Source: Epiperipatus broadwayi
Taxonomy: Eukaryota > Animalia > Onychophora
Assembly (NCBI GenBank): GCA_028023455.1
Contig: JAQFVV010000007.1
Span: forward strand, 13,516,001-13,580,000
DNA length: 64,000 nucleotides
Reading direction: 5' to 3'
In this document: one piece after another, positions 1-12,626 of the stretch
How positions within the stretch are numbered: the stretch's first letter is position 1
Layout: each line of letters starts with the position of its first letter
Notes under the pieces: generated by a model
Seen by the model: only the letters and a program-made list of their open reading frames with translations
What the model was told of the DNA's origin: nothing
The model's database searches: none
Made by a program: the position numbers and the translations under genes

Positions 1-480
1 GGGGGTATACTATTGAAATAACACTGAATTAGCTGAAGCCATATGATAGCATCATGTGATATTTTATTGATTTGAAATCATCTATTGTATCAGGTTAAAG
101 ATGTCACCAGTTATTAAAAGAATAGAGCCACCATAATATGTAGAAACTGAACTGGCTTCAGTTCTATATGACTATGCAGGCAGATTAAGTTAGATTTAAA
201 ACATTTAAATGTTGTTTTTAATTAGACTAATAATTTGATAGTGAAAAGAAGGATAAATGATTTCTGGCAGCTAAAAGATGCATTAGATCATAAAGAACCA
301 GTAATAACCCAAGATGCAAATCTTCTCTCTGGTGAAAGCCATAAGCTTGAATTTAGTCTAAGGATATTGGATAGAAAGGCACTAAATAAGGATTTATTAA
401 CCACTATCATTTATCCTTCTGACTTACAATAACTTATAGTAAGTGGCATAGATGTGGTGATATGAAAATATAATATGCTA
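1..480 (+). mobile_element. Family-2 hammerhead-bearing repeat (probable PLE pLTR/retrozyme-like unit), degenerate copy
   Basis: Shares ordered motifs (catgtgat; ctgaactg..ttcag.tctatatgactat; HHR; ggatattggat..gcact..ggattt) with the copies at 44350-44930 and 56610-57110. Confidence 0.65.
324..363 (+). ncRNA. Degenerate minimal type I hammerhead ribozyme (family 2)
   Basis: CTGGTGA-AAGC(cataa)GCTT-GAA-TTTAGT-C-TAAGG; aligns to the family consensus CCTCA-CTGATGA-stemII-GAA-ACTAGT-C-TGAGG. Confidence 0.55.
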
Positions 481-1259
481 TTAAATAAAATTCTAGAGAA
501 ATATACAAACAAACAAAAAAATATAGGGGTGAATTTAATAATAAATGAAAGCAAATGATTCATGTTTGATTCTTTGCTGTTATAAATACAACAACTTTAC
601 TTTTATAATTGAGTAATCAGACCTGTTTTTAAATGGTTGCCTGTTGCATTGTTTTCCAATGACTATGCATTGGAGGGATAATTCGATTAAGATTTGATTT
701 ATATTTGTAATTTATTGTAGTATGTATGATTTAAAGATATATCATAAATGTTACTAGCCTTTACTTAATGCCACGGGTAAGAGTTTTATAAAGGCAATGG
801 TGAACAAGCCATATCCATGACTTGGGGTTTGAATTCTGGATAGGTAAAAAAATCTCAAGTTTCAATCAAACTTAAAATTTTTTTTAGGTATCCAACTGAC
901 TGAGAATCAATATCTTTTTAGTATCAGACAATAATGTGGATATTTAGTGATTTTTAGCTAATCAGCAAAACAATAAAGAAAAACCCACATAAATTCTAAC
1001 AGAAATGGAGAAACCAAGTAAGAATTACATTCTTGTTCACTGATATTTGAAGTGAAGATTGGAGGGTATTTTGCTGTTATTTAATACATTATATTATACT
1101 ATTACAGTAATGAAATATTATTTGCTTTATTTACTCTTCTATATATCCTCTTTTTTTTTTTTCTAAATTCAAAATGAAACCATATTTTTATGGGATAGTC
1201 TGGTTTAGTTGTGAACTTGGTGGTGTTGAAATATATTTATTCATATTAAAAGATTACCA

Positions 1260-1900
1260 TTGCCATCATCATTTTTCACAGTTATCCATTTCAGGGTGAA
1301 GATTTCTTTATGTGTAATAAAGTTGTTCTAATCCATAACCTCTCTTCTCCACATCACATCAGCTAACTTTATTTTTTTGACTCATCACTCTCACATGCAG
1401 TCTATTTCTAGGTTCTTTAAATTTTGGGGGATTTAATTTAAAAGTTTAACTGCACATCAAATAACACCTCTTCTACTAACAGGTTCATCTCAGTTCTATT
1501 TCAGTCAATTTAAGTTTAATAATACCTGTTTGTCTATCCATGTATTTCACATTCAAACTCTTTTTATTACTCCTAACACACATTTCTTAAACATTTTTTT
1601 GAGTGGCCTGAAATCTCTGTATTGGTTTTTATTAAATATCCAAGTTTCAGATACACTAATAGGAACTTATTAAACATGTATGCCTGTTTTTTTTCTTTCA
1701 CCCATGTATTCCATTTTTCATCTCTTTTTGTTATTTCTAATATACATCTCTCCAACTTTTTTGAGTGGTCTAAAGTCTCTGCATTACATTTTTTAATTGA
1801 CCAAGTTGCAGATCCAATAATAAAAACGGGTCCAGAAATTATGATGCAAACCTTGTTAAACCAGTTATGCAAATTCTATAAAAATACTCTATCCAAGTTT
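1260..1900 (-). mobile_element. RTE-clade LINE 3' remnant
   Basis: Minus ORF 1573-1872 contains LERCILEITKRDEKWNTWVKEK, similar to the C-terminus of the RTE at 10300-10450; cctctcttctcca at ~1340 is the reverse complement of the RTE 3' motif tggagaagagagg. Confidence 0.65.
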
Positions 1901-3879
1901 AATTTTGTGGATTGATTTCAACCATTAGGTTTTTAGATGTAATAATAATCTTCCCAAGGTATTTAAAGCTGTTAACTTCTTATAAATCATTATTCATATT
2001 GATGGTATGAAATCTTTGAATGAGGCAAGTAATGTATAAATTACTAAAGTATAAAGCTTGAGAATAGATTCTTCATATCTTCAGTGAAAAGCTACATGTT
2101 TATTTATCCTTGTATAAATTTAGTTATGATTATTTATCGCTTTATAAACTCGCATATCTCCTCTGCCTATATGTTTGTATGCAATATTTTTATTCCTCAA
2201 GGAATTCTCTTTTCGAAATCATTCCAGTAAATTATTTTGCCATATGAACAATTTATTTTCTGATTACGAAGTCATTGATTGTTTATGTCTCTCTCATTTG
2301 GTTTCCTTTTTTTGTTGGTGCTATGTTTATTTTGTATTATAAAATTATTGTACATTTATAACTATTGTCTTATTTTTAGTTTTATCAAAATATGCTGAGA
2401 AATTTATTTGAAATAGATATAAATACAAACACATATATAAACTATGATATAATTTTTAGATTTTGAACTTTTTTTTAAGTCTTTAGAATTATTGAGAAAT
2501 AAAAATGAGAGAGAATTTATTGTAAGTCATGTTATCCAACTGAGCAGTTTTATGAACAATCTTTAAATGTGTGATGGATGGTAGGAAAGCCAACAACTTA
2601 AGACTTTTATCCACTTTCCATCCTTTTGGCGCCATTGTGTTGAATCTTTTGTGTGATTAAGAAACCTGATCTGATTTTTACTTAATTGCTAAAAATCATA
2701 TCTTTTGTTAGTCATTTAATTACAATTAGAATAAAAAAAAAATTGTATAACGTTTCCATGAATATAAATCGGTGATATATTTGGAATTCAAATTTTGTAG
2801 GTTGAATAAAAAAAAAACATTTTAATCAAATGCAACAAAAGCAACTATGTTTGTGGCCATAGATTTTTATGTGATATATATATATGAATATCAATGTTTA
2901 TATTATCAATAATGGAATGATACTATTTCTTAATCTGAGAAGTCCAATAGATGTCCAGGGCTACATTAACACAGAAAGAAAGAAATATATCACACATCAC
3001 CCATACCTTATAAATATTAGCAAAAAATAAACAAAAAACTTCGAAGCAAATTTTTAATAAATTTATTCTATTTATAGACAAAATACTCACTATCATTTAC
3101 GTATAATAATGTAATTTATTTTTACTATTCCCCCTTTTTTTTTGGCAGTATAAAACACAATATCTTTATTAGAAGCTTATCTTAAAATTAATATTGTATA
3201 ATAATTTTACTGGGCCCACCACATAGCAAGTATTAAGTTATAAACATAAAATGTGACATTTTTCATCTGTTGAATTTTTTTTTCTCTTACACTGAAATAT
3301 CTGGTTGTGATAATATAGAATTATTTTTTTGTAAAATCACACTTTTGCTGAATTGAACATGCCAAACTAATGTGTAATGCAAGACTTCTGAAAATAATGT
3401 TTTATGGAGAACATAAGAATGGTTTTCATGGGAAAGGTAGACTGTTATGTCTTAACTTACCTTTAATTAATGGACTAGTTCAGATTTCATCTTATCTTGA
3501 TGGGATTCTGTCTTCATCACCATGGACCATAGATATGTAAATAAATAACACCCATAGATTTGTAAATAAATAACATATCCAGTGGTTGTAGAATGTTAAT
3601 TGGTGATGGTACTCAGTGAATCTGATTGGTTTTATTAGGGAAAAGGAACTAACTATAATTAGTATGTTTAGGTGAAGATAAAATTGACCAATAACAATTT
3701 ACTGTTAAACATGAGTGGCTGTATGCATATGGTCCACTATACAGTTAGAGCAGTGAGGCAAGTTTATGTTAAAATGGGTAGCTTCTAGAACCTAGACCAG
3801 ATATAAGATGTATCAACTCATGAGGCAACTTGTCATGACATTGTTGGAAGTGATAAACTGTGAAGTTTACTTTAAATTC

Positions 3880-4175
3880 CTTACATTCATAGTTGCATGG
3901 CAACTGAATATTATATCAAGCCAGCAGTATTAAAGATATAAAAGTTATGTATATTGTAAATATACACATATAAACATACTTTGAGTGTGTGTATTATAAC
4001 CATGCATTAAACTTTGAAGGGTACATAAAATCCCTTATATTCATAATTGCATGGCAACTAATACATCAAGCCAGCAGTATCAAGTGAACATATAACAGTT
4101 ATATATATATATATATTGTAAATATGCACACATAAACATAATTTCTGAGTGTGTTTGCATATATATATAATCATG
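3880..4175. repeat. Degenerate ~150-bp tandem duplication
   Basis: cctta.attcata.ttgcatggcaact...atcaagccagcagtat...attgtaaatat.cac..ataaacata...tgagtgtgt...catgcattaaac occurs twice (from ~3880 and ~4033). Confidence 0.8.
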
Positions 4176-4865
4176 CATTAAACACAACAGATGACATTAT
4201 TAGCATGTCAGTAGATTTTTTTTAAAACATCAAATATGAGTACTTACTCATTATCTATACACATGAGTTGAACATTTTTTCACTCTCTCTCTCTCACAAT
4301 AGAATGAAAGAAAGAAAAAATCAAATTGGCTAAAAGCGTTCCATTAGAAGAGTTTGATTGAGTCTATCCTGAAAATTGGCCATACTACAGGAATCGAGTG
4401 TTTTTCTATATGCTGATTACTTTATAAGGAATAATAAGAAAATGCATTATTAATTGTTTACATTACCATGCAGAGAATATAATAACTTGAAGAGCGACAA
4501 TTAAAATATGATATTGAAGTATTTCAAGAAGAAAACTTTTTCTGCTGAAGAAATTTCAAAAAAGTACTGTAAATTGTGTCAGCCTATTCATAATTGGGTG
4601 TTGTTGTGGTTCACATACTGATTTCTATTGTCATTGAAAAACTCACTTCTAGAGCAGATTTTTCTCTCTTGCTCTCTCCTAGTAATAAAGCCACTTATAT
4701 ATGAGTATGACCATTTTAACCATAGAAAAAAAATAATGAAAGTGGCTATTTATAATTATTATTGAAATGTATACAGAATTGTTTCTTTTTTAATAACTTA
4801 TCACTTGCTAGAAATAACTGTTGGCACATGATACTAATGACAATTGACAGTTTTAGTCTCATTCC

Positions 4866-5216
4866 TATACACAGTGGGCCTCAGTGAAAGATAATTGTTT
4901 GCAGTTCAAGCATTCTGCAGAGCCACCTCCATATGAAATACATGCATTTTATAACAACATAATTCATTATTCACCACAAATATTTTAAGGTGATAGCATG
5001 CCTAGATCATGAAATACATTATAAAATGTGGCAGTAAATTTTGTACCATTGTAGACATCTTAAATGCTCTCTCTACCATAATATAATCTTTCAAGTCACT
5101 AGAATATATTCTTGTGGTTCATAGTTTTATTACCATACACAATTTCAATCATTTCAGACAATTCAGTACAAGTTTTTCAATTTAAAATAAATTTCAGTGT
5201 CTGTGGGTTGTTTCAT
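4866..5216 (-). mobile_element. Mariner-family transposase remnant (N-terminal HTH), internally deleted
   Basis: From ATG at 5216, with one frameshift: MKQPTDTEIYFKL/KTCTELSEMIEIVYGNKTMNHKNIF**LERLYYGRESI*D, matching the mariner N-terminal pattern MEQRxxIKFxFKLGKxxTETxEMLxxVYGxxxMSRxxVFxWxxRFKxGRESxED. Possible TA+TIR at ~4866. Confidence 0.75.
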
Positions 5217-5419
5217 TGTTGATTAGGATTTAACACACACTGCTACATTCCATGCCAAAACTCATCATAGAGACATGATCTTATTTTAACCCATTTTTAA
5301 TATGATTTTTTCTACATTTTAATTCAGTAAATTTTATATAAAAATTTTAATATTGAGTTTTGTTTTGGTAATGCATTGTATGTATTTGGAAAAAGATTTA
5401 CAATCTCTCTCTCTCTGTA

Positions 5420-5815
5420 TTTAGGACCTGGAGATTATATATAATTATAAGGGATTTAAATCCAGACTTTCAAGCTCCCTTCAGCTATCCGATCTCTCTC
5501 ATACAACTAATACACATGACCACACACATGTGAAAAAATTTTCAATGATATAAAAGGCAGATGAATTGGATAGTGGAATGCATTAAAGTTTGAAGATTTT
5601 CTATCTTAATATAACCTGAGTAGTTCTTACATATGTGTGTTTGGGAGATGATGATCTGGGCCAATTCATAAGTGCTGTTTCAGCATGAAATGTATATATT
5701 GGAGATGATTTATCTTTTTCACATTTGTGTGGTCAAGTGTATTAGTTGCATGAGATAGATTGGATAGCTGAAGGGAGTTTGAAAGTCTAGATTCAAATCC
5801 TTTATATGTATACAC
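5420..5815 (+). mobile_element. Family-1 fold-back repeat (PLE pLTR-derived) with degenerate HHR at 5659-5704
   Basis: Left arm (agggattt..ccagactttcaagc..cttcagctatcc..catgaccacacacatg) is the reverse complement of the right end; the centre reads ggccaa-ttcataa-gtgctg(ttt)cagcat-gaa-atgtatat-a-ttggag. Confidence 0.75.
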
Positions 5816-5821
5816 ACCTTC

Positions 5822-5822
5822 T

Positions 5823-5890
<68 letters not shown>
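5822..5890. repeat. Compound microsatellite (TA)n(TG)n(GA)n
   Basis: Direct reading. Confidence 0.95.
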
Positions 5891-5894
<4 letters not shown>

Positions 5895-7224
5895 AAAGAG
5901 TAGGTAATTTCATTTAAAGATGTATGTATAATTATTAGATTTTCATAGGCTTTTAGATTTAAATAATAGTATTTACTGGGATTTTTTTCCTATGTAATTC
6001 TGTATCATTTAACTAAGATATAAATTCAGTACATTAACAATTAGAAAGAAGCATATAAATAATAGTATTTCTTTGAACTATCAAACCCAAAATAATATTT
6101 TCTATTTTCAACCATATATAGTATTAGTGACTACAGCTCTTATAATTGATTGGGTCGTAATATGTGATTTATAATAGTACTTACACATACTATTATTACA
6201 ATGCCTTTTTTTAATTGGCATTATTTAAATATTATATCTGAATGTTATTTATAAAAAAACACACAGAAAGTTTTCCAATACTGTATATATTGAAACATTT
6301 ATCACAGCCCTCAAACTTTTATTGAGGCAAATTTATAGATACCTCATGTTTAAGGGTGAGAAATGAAAGGGAATTAATTTTTTATTTCTCTTTTTTTTAC
6401 ATTTATAGAATTCTATATTAGAATGAATGAAGACAAATCCTGGGATTAATAAGTTTTAGAAATAACTACATAGACTATCCTTGGAGTGAATCTTCTAACT
6501 AATGATAGCCACACTGGGTATCCAGTCATATTTCCTGAATATCATTTTCATCCACCATCATCAAGTATAGAACGGGTCCATTTTTTGTTCGTATAGATGT
6601 TATTTCATTTATTTATAAACATATCTGCCACACTACAGGTTAGGGCACCATCTCTAAAATAAAAAATATCTATAGGTCAGGTTCCAATCCCTTTCTAGCC
6701 TATTAGATGTTAATCCTTTCATAAATTCACTACTAGCTCAGAAAAGGAAAACATGGCAATGTACCATAGGGTGTGTAATAGCTACAGTTTACTGGTTTTG
6801 CAACGAGAGAGAAAGATAAACAACTTGTCTTAAAATAATATGAATATAATAAATAAAATTATTTACCCGTGTAGAACTGAACACAAAAGAAAATACATAT
6901 ATGTTTAACTGTGAATATATCCATATCTGAAAAAATTTATTTAATTATATGAAATGCAACTTGTGAGGTCTGATATGTTTACATTCAATATAAAACAATC
7001 AAATAAATATTATTATTCAAATATAACTTTAATAAAACATACAAATATTAGTAAAATATAAGTTAATAATCAATAAACTGACTCATACAAATCACAATAA
7101 CTATTAAATACTGATAAGTGAATAAATTCTATTTGTTGTAGTTTTCAAAAAAAACATTACTTTAAGAAAAAATAAATAAATATATATTTAACGTAAATAA
7201 ATGCTAAAATTATTCATCGAAAAC

Positions 7225-7249
7225 TATTATTATTATTATTATTATTATT

Positions 7250-7293
<44 letters not shown>
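7225..7293. repeat. Compound microsatellite (ATT)n(ATC)n
   Basis: Direct reading. Confidence 0.95.
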
Positions 7294-7559
7294 TTGTAAA
7301 GGCCTTTTATATTAAATAAAATTTGATCATATCACATCCTCAGAATTCTGATTTTAACGTTTTACCGATTATAAATAAAGTTTCAAACCCTTTTAAAAGC
7401 AATATGATTTATACAACAGTTACTATCTGGAAAGTTCAAGGCTTCATTTGCTATACTTTTTTTTATTTCTTCTCCAGGTAAAATGGTGGTTATGACCAGA
7501 TTATGTAGTAATTATGATAAATCACATGAAAGATGACAGGTACTGCTTCTTTTAGTTTG

Positions 7560-7930
7560 TTGATGATTGGTACATTCATGAATGGCATACTTTTAAAACT
7601 GGCATCTGCAAGAGGTAACAGAGTTCCAGATTTAATTGATTAATGTAAAAATAAAATTGTTCTCTAAAGCATAGTGATATTTGCAACCAGTGTACTGTTT
7701 TCCTTATTACATTTTTAAATAACTGAAAATATTTTAATCAGCTTAACTTTCTGGAATGCAATTAGGAGTTTGCTGCTTAAAATAATCAAAAATGTCTTGT
7801 CTGTGACAATGTTATATCTTGCTCTTTTTTCTAAAAACAAAACTAAAAAAAAACTTACATCTATCATATCTTTCTTAAACAATGCTATTCAAGATTACAT
7901 GCAAGAAATCCAGGTATTTTTATCTATTGT
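7560..7930 (+). mobile_element. Possible DIRS-type tyrosine-recombinase remnant
   Basis: ttaaaactggcatctgcaagaggtaacagagtt = LKLASARGNRV resembles the LLALxSARRVSEL motif; the rest is heavily disrupted. Confidence 0.25.
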
Positions 7931-7989
7931 TACAAATTAGTTGTAACTAATTACATTTATTAGCAATAACAAACTCTCCATGCCATAAT

Positions 7990-8235
7990 GCACCCAGTGC
8001 AAATATTAGTAATCAATGGATGCAGAAAGGGTTGTGCATAAAATCCCCATCCAGTAGTGCTACCCAGTGAAAACCCATGTAATCATTAGATGCACAAATC
8101 TTCCTGCATAGGAATCTTATGAACAAACCTTCCTGCACCCATCCATTGTTTACTATGGCTTGTATGGATAGTTTGCTATGGTAATAAGAGCTACTGTAAA
8201 CATAGGAAATGGTGATCATGTGATGATTCGGTGAT
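7990..8235. mobile_element. Family-2 fragment, short fold-back lacking the HHR
   Basis: atggatgcagaaagggttgtgcataaaatcc (8016-) is inverted relative to ggaatcttatgaacaaaccttcctgcacccatccat (8110-); ends with aatggtgatcatgtgatg as in other family-2 copies. Confidence 0.6.
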
Positions 8236-8394
8236 TACATTTAGAAAATAAATTTGTATCTTGCTGGTATGAAGAAAGAATAAAGTAAATAAATGGATTG
8301 CAACTTAAAACAATTAATACATTAGCTCATATTATTTATTTCTTTGTTATACATCTATTTTAGTGTGTAGGTAAAAAGTTAATAATGTCAGACG

Positions 8395-8450
8395 ATATAA
8401 TTAAAGGGGATTTGAACTCAGACTTTCAGGTTCTCTACAGCCATTCCCTC
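8395..8450 (-). mobile_element. Family-1 terminal fragment
   Basis: aaggggatttgaactcagactttcagg matches the family-1 arm. Confidence 0.55.
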
Positions 8451-8591
8451 TATCCCCCTCCCTTTAATTACATCTAGGTTAAGTATATAATCTATACTTT
8501 TGTTTCAAGATTACAAAGTCAGATTAGCTTTATTTTCAATTTATATATATAATTCAATTACTTCAGAATAAACTCTACATTATTTGATGTA

Positions 8592-8630
<39 letters not shown>

Positions 8631-8709
8631 TAATAGCTATAACTAGCTTAATGGCAGTGTATGATATTTATCTTGTTTAATTATATATATATATGTATCT
8701 TCAGAAACA

Positions 8710-10740
8710 TTCTAATGAATTTAAATTAGAACTTCAAGTATTAGTAGATTTTGAACATGATTCAGATTTGAAGGAAATTAATAAGAAAATAACTGATAGA
8801 CTTTTAAAAACTGCAACAAAGATAGCTGGTAGAAAAAAGTAACAATTGACCAATAAAATTTCTACTGAGATTGAAGAATTTATGAAAAAAAGAAGGAATA
8901 TGAAGATATAAAAAAAATGATGCATTAAAAAAGATTTAATATCTCAAATTTTGTAAAATGTGCAGAAAGAGTTGAAAATGATATAAGAAAGTATAAATGT
9001 GAACTAGTAAGAAAAGCTGTATAAGAGAATAAAAGTCTCAAGAGTGTAAAACAATATGTTGGTATTGGTAGGAAATTTATATCTGCAATAAGAAAAAAAA
9101 TGAAATTATTACTAAAAAGAGAAATGACATCATGAAATGGGTAAAGTCTTCTATCAAGAATTATATTGTAATTAAGAACAAGTACCTCCTATATATATTA
9201 TATCTTCCAAATTGACCAGAATTTTAAATTAAGAAGTGAGACATGCAATTAAATTTATGAAGAAAGGAAAGGCTCCAGGCAATAAAGGAATTATAATTGA
9301 TATATTAAAAGAAGCAGGTGAAGAAATAGAATTTTTTTAGCAAAGTTATACACCAAATGTCTAAATGATAAAGATGTACTGGTTGATTGTAAGAATGCAG
9401 TATTAATATTAATATTTAAAAAAGGTGATAAGAGAAGACATTCAAAATTACAGACCTATCAGCCTTTTATTAGTTTTATACAAAATTCTTACCAAGATAA
9501 ATACAACTCATCTACAGAGAACATTGGATTTCTACCAACCAAGAGAACAATCTGGATTTAAAAGGGGTTTTAGTACAATATGTCATATCCAGGTATTGAG
9601 AGAAATTATAAAAGGATAAATGAATATGAGTTACCATTATGCTTTGGATTTATTGATTATAAAAAGGCATTTGATTCTATAAACATTTCTTCAGTGATTA
9701 AAGCATTGGATCATCAAGGTATATATCCAGAATAATGTCCTATTTTAAAGAATATTTATAAAAATGCAACTGCAACAATTATATTACATAATGATGCTAG
9801 GAAAGTCAACATTGAGAAGGGTGTAAGACAAAGTGACTCCATATCTCCAAAACTTTTAACAGCAGTGCTGCAAGAAGTATTTTGTGGATTGAAATGGGAA
9901 GCTAAAGGTGTGAAAGTAAATGGAGATTATTTAAGTCATTTAGATTTTGTAGATGATGTAGTTGTTTTTGCAAATCATGTTTAGTGCTGCAGGAAAGGTT
10001 GCAGAAGTTATCAGATGAAAGTAGGAAAGTAGAACTAAAGATAAATGTTACAAAGACTAAAGTAATGTTCAATGGATTTTCTCAAAATATGAAAATAAAA
10101 ATTTATTATGATGAGTTAGAAAAAATTAACAGCTAAAAATATCTTGGTCAGTTTATTAATACAGATGGAAACATAATGGATAAAATTAACCATAGAATTA
10201 AACTTGGTTGGAGTGCTTTTCATAGAAATAATTTGATACTAAAAGGAAATATGCCTATGTGTTTGAAAAGGAAGTGTTTTGATAAATGTGTTTTGCCAGT
10301 TCTTACTTATGTATCTGAGACTTGGACACTTAATAGAAGAGCAATATGGAGACTTCACACCACTCAAAGAAGTTTGGAAAGATGCATTCAGAGTAACAAG
10401 AAGAGATCGAAAATGCAATATATGGGTAAGAGAACAAACAGGTGTTACTGACCTCATCAAAAAATTTAAAAGACTGAAGTGGAGTTGAGCTGGATGTATT
10501 TTTAAAAAAGATGATAATAGATGGACAATTGAAATCTTAAACTGAATTCCAAGAGATTTAAAAGACCCAAAAAGAGAGATTTAAAAGACCCAGAAAGAGA
10601 CCACATGTGAGATGGATTGATAAAATAAGAAAGTGTGCAGGGTGATATGGAGAAGAGAGGCTAAAGAGCAGAGAAGATGGATTGAATTCCGAGAGACATT
10701 CATCCTGCAGAGGATTGATAATTATTGATGATGATAGTAA
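8710..10740 (+). mobile_element. 5'-truncated RTE-clade LINE, decayed RT
   Basis: Motifs across shifted frames: QNYRPISLL, YQPREQSGFKRGFST, GFIDYKKAFDSI, GVRQSDSISPKLL, FVDDVVVF, YLGQ, VLTYVSETWTL, LKWS; RTE-type 3' end ttcatcctgcagaggattgat with a (GAT)n tail. Confidence 0.92.
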
Positions 10741-11300
10741 ACCAAATTTGTAATTCTAAATAAACTACTATATAATCAAATCACTCATCTGAAATAATAT
10801 TTTCCATATCATGTCTAATATTCCTTATTCATTATCAAACTTTATTATGTTTAAATAGAAAATATAATGCATTTTATATCAAATATTATCTCTGTCTCAT
10901 AAAAGTTTAATTTAAGCCAACTAAAGTTTCTTAACTTTTCTACTGATTTGTAAATCCATTCTCTAATTTACAATTTATTTAAGGAACAGTGATGTAAATA
11001 AAAGGTGAATCTCCATGTTTTGTTTTTTTTGTTGTTGTTGTTCTCATAATGAATTGTATTATTTTCTGGAAATATCATAGTTTTTCTTAAATGTCTGTCA
11101 GAATGATGGAATGAATGCATATTAGTTGTGGATATTGGTTCTTTTTAAATTTGCAATAATGACAAATAAAAATAAATTATGGCTTTTATTTTTTGGCAAC
11201 CAAAGTTAGTCTTCCAAAAAATCACTGATTACGGCTATGTGCTGACATTTTATGTTTATTATTTATTTAACTACCCATTATTGTGTGTCATTTTCCAATT

Positions 11301-11371
11301 ATGTTGATTGGGAAATGAACCTGGGCCAGCTGTTTGGAAGACAGCTATGCTAACCACTAGACCACCAATGC
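11301..11371 (-). pseudogene. tRNA-Gly(TCC)-derived copy, CpG-decayed
   Basis: Reverse complement GCATTGGTGGTCTAGTGGTTAGCATAGCTGTCTTCCAAACAGCTGGCCCAGGTTCATTTCCCAATCAACAT; TCC anticodon, broken acceptor and T stems, A58 lost. Confidence 0.85.
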
Positions 11372-11489
11372 TTGACTAAAATATGAGTTCTATAAGATTA
11401 CACAAAACATTGTCAAACACTGTGAAGTTAAAAACAGATGAAAAGACAACTTGAAAAAGTAATATTTACTTTATTATAAATAGTAAATA

Positions 11490-11940
11490 TAATAATATAA
11501 AGTTGATTAGTGTGCTTAAAGAAAAACATGCCTATGTGTTTGAAAATGAAGGTTTTTAATAAATGTGTATTGTCAGTTCTTACTTGAAGATCTGAGACAT
11601 GAACAAACAGTTGGGAGTAACAAGAAGAGATTGAAAATGAAATACATGGATCAGAGAACTCAGGTTCACTGACATCATTGAAAGAATTAAAAGACTGAAG
11701 TGAAGTTGGGCTCGACATATTGCTAGAAGAGATGATAATATATGGACAATTGAAATCATAAACTGGATTCCAAAAAAAAAATAAAAGATGTAGAAGAACA
11801 CCACATGTGAGATGGATGAATGAAATAAAGAAGTATGATGGGATCATGTGGAGAAGAGAGGGTAGAGGTCTGAGAAGATGGATTGAACTTGGAGAGATCC
11901 TAATCCTGCTGTAAAACAGTAATGGATGAAAATGATGATC
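11490..11940 (+). mobile_element. RTE 3' fragment, same family as 8710-10740
   Basis: Colinear with 10250-10740 (catgcctatgtgtttgaaa...aaagactgaagtg...ccacatgtgagatggat...gatgat). Confidence 0.9.
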
Positions 11941-12562
11941 AGTAAAGACAATATTTGAAATACAAGTAATTTAGGAATTATTATCATTGATGTGTTAATC
12001 ATGGTTTAGTTAGGGTAAAGTAACAGGCTCTGAAGGACAAGCTTCTCAGATCAATTCCAGTTCTTATACTTCTGAAACAACTTCTTATAAACCCATATAA
12101 AGCAAAGCCATTTCATATTTTGGCCCTACATGTTTCAATGCATTGTTGAATGCCACACTTTGGAGAATAAATTCCTCAGATTGATTTCAGTTCTGCACTT
12201 CTGATACTTTAACTTAATTTGAACTCCTAAAAAGTAAAACTATTTTTCATTTATAAATAAAGTACAGAACAATATCATTGTATAGGTTGTTGCTATATCA
12301 GTCAGAGTGGAAAAATAAACTATTCAAAAAATGTTCAATTGTAGAAATTACTTTATTTTTAAAAAATAAAAAAATACCAAACTATAATAATTTTGGGTGT
12401 TTTATTTAAACTTTTCAGTAGCATTCAATTATTAGTAATAGCATACAGGTTATTATCTATACAATGTTCAAGTGGATTATTTTCATCTCTTCTTTTGGTG
12501 TTGCTGGCTCGAACAGGAGCAAAACAAACAAGCATTGTATTCGAACCTGAATTTTTAGATTT

Positions 12563-12626
12563 TTGAATTTTAAGGAAATGCTCTATCTAACAGTCAACCT
12601 AGATAGAGTGCTTCCTCAAAATTCAA
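12563..12626. other. Isolated 64-nt imperfect hairpin (pre-miRNA-like or tiny MITE relic)
   Basis: TTGAATTTT-A-AGGAA-A-TGCTCTATCTA [acagtcaacc] TAGATAGAGTG-C-TTCCT-C-AAAATTCAA: 27-position stem, 2 mismatches, 2 G-U pairs, 10-nt loop. Confidence 0.5.
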
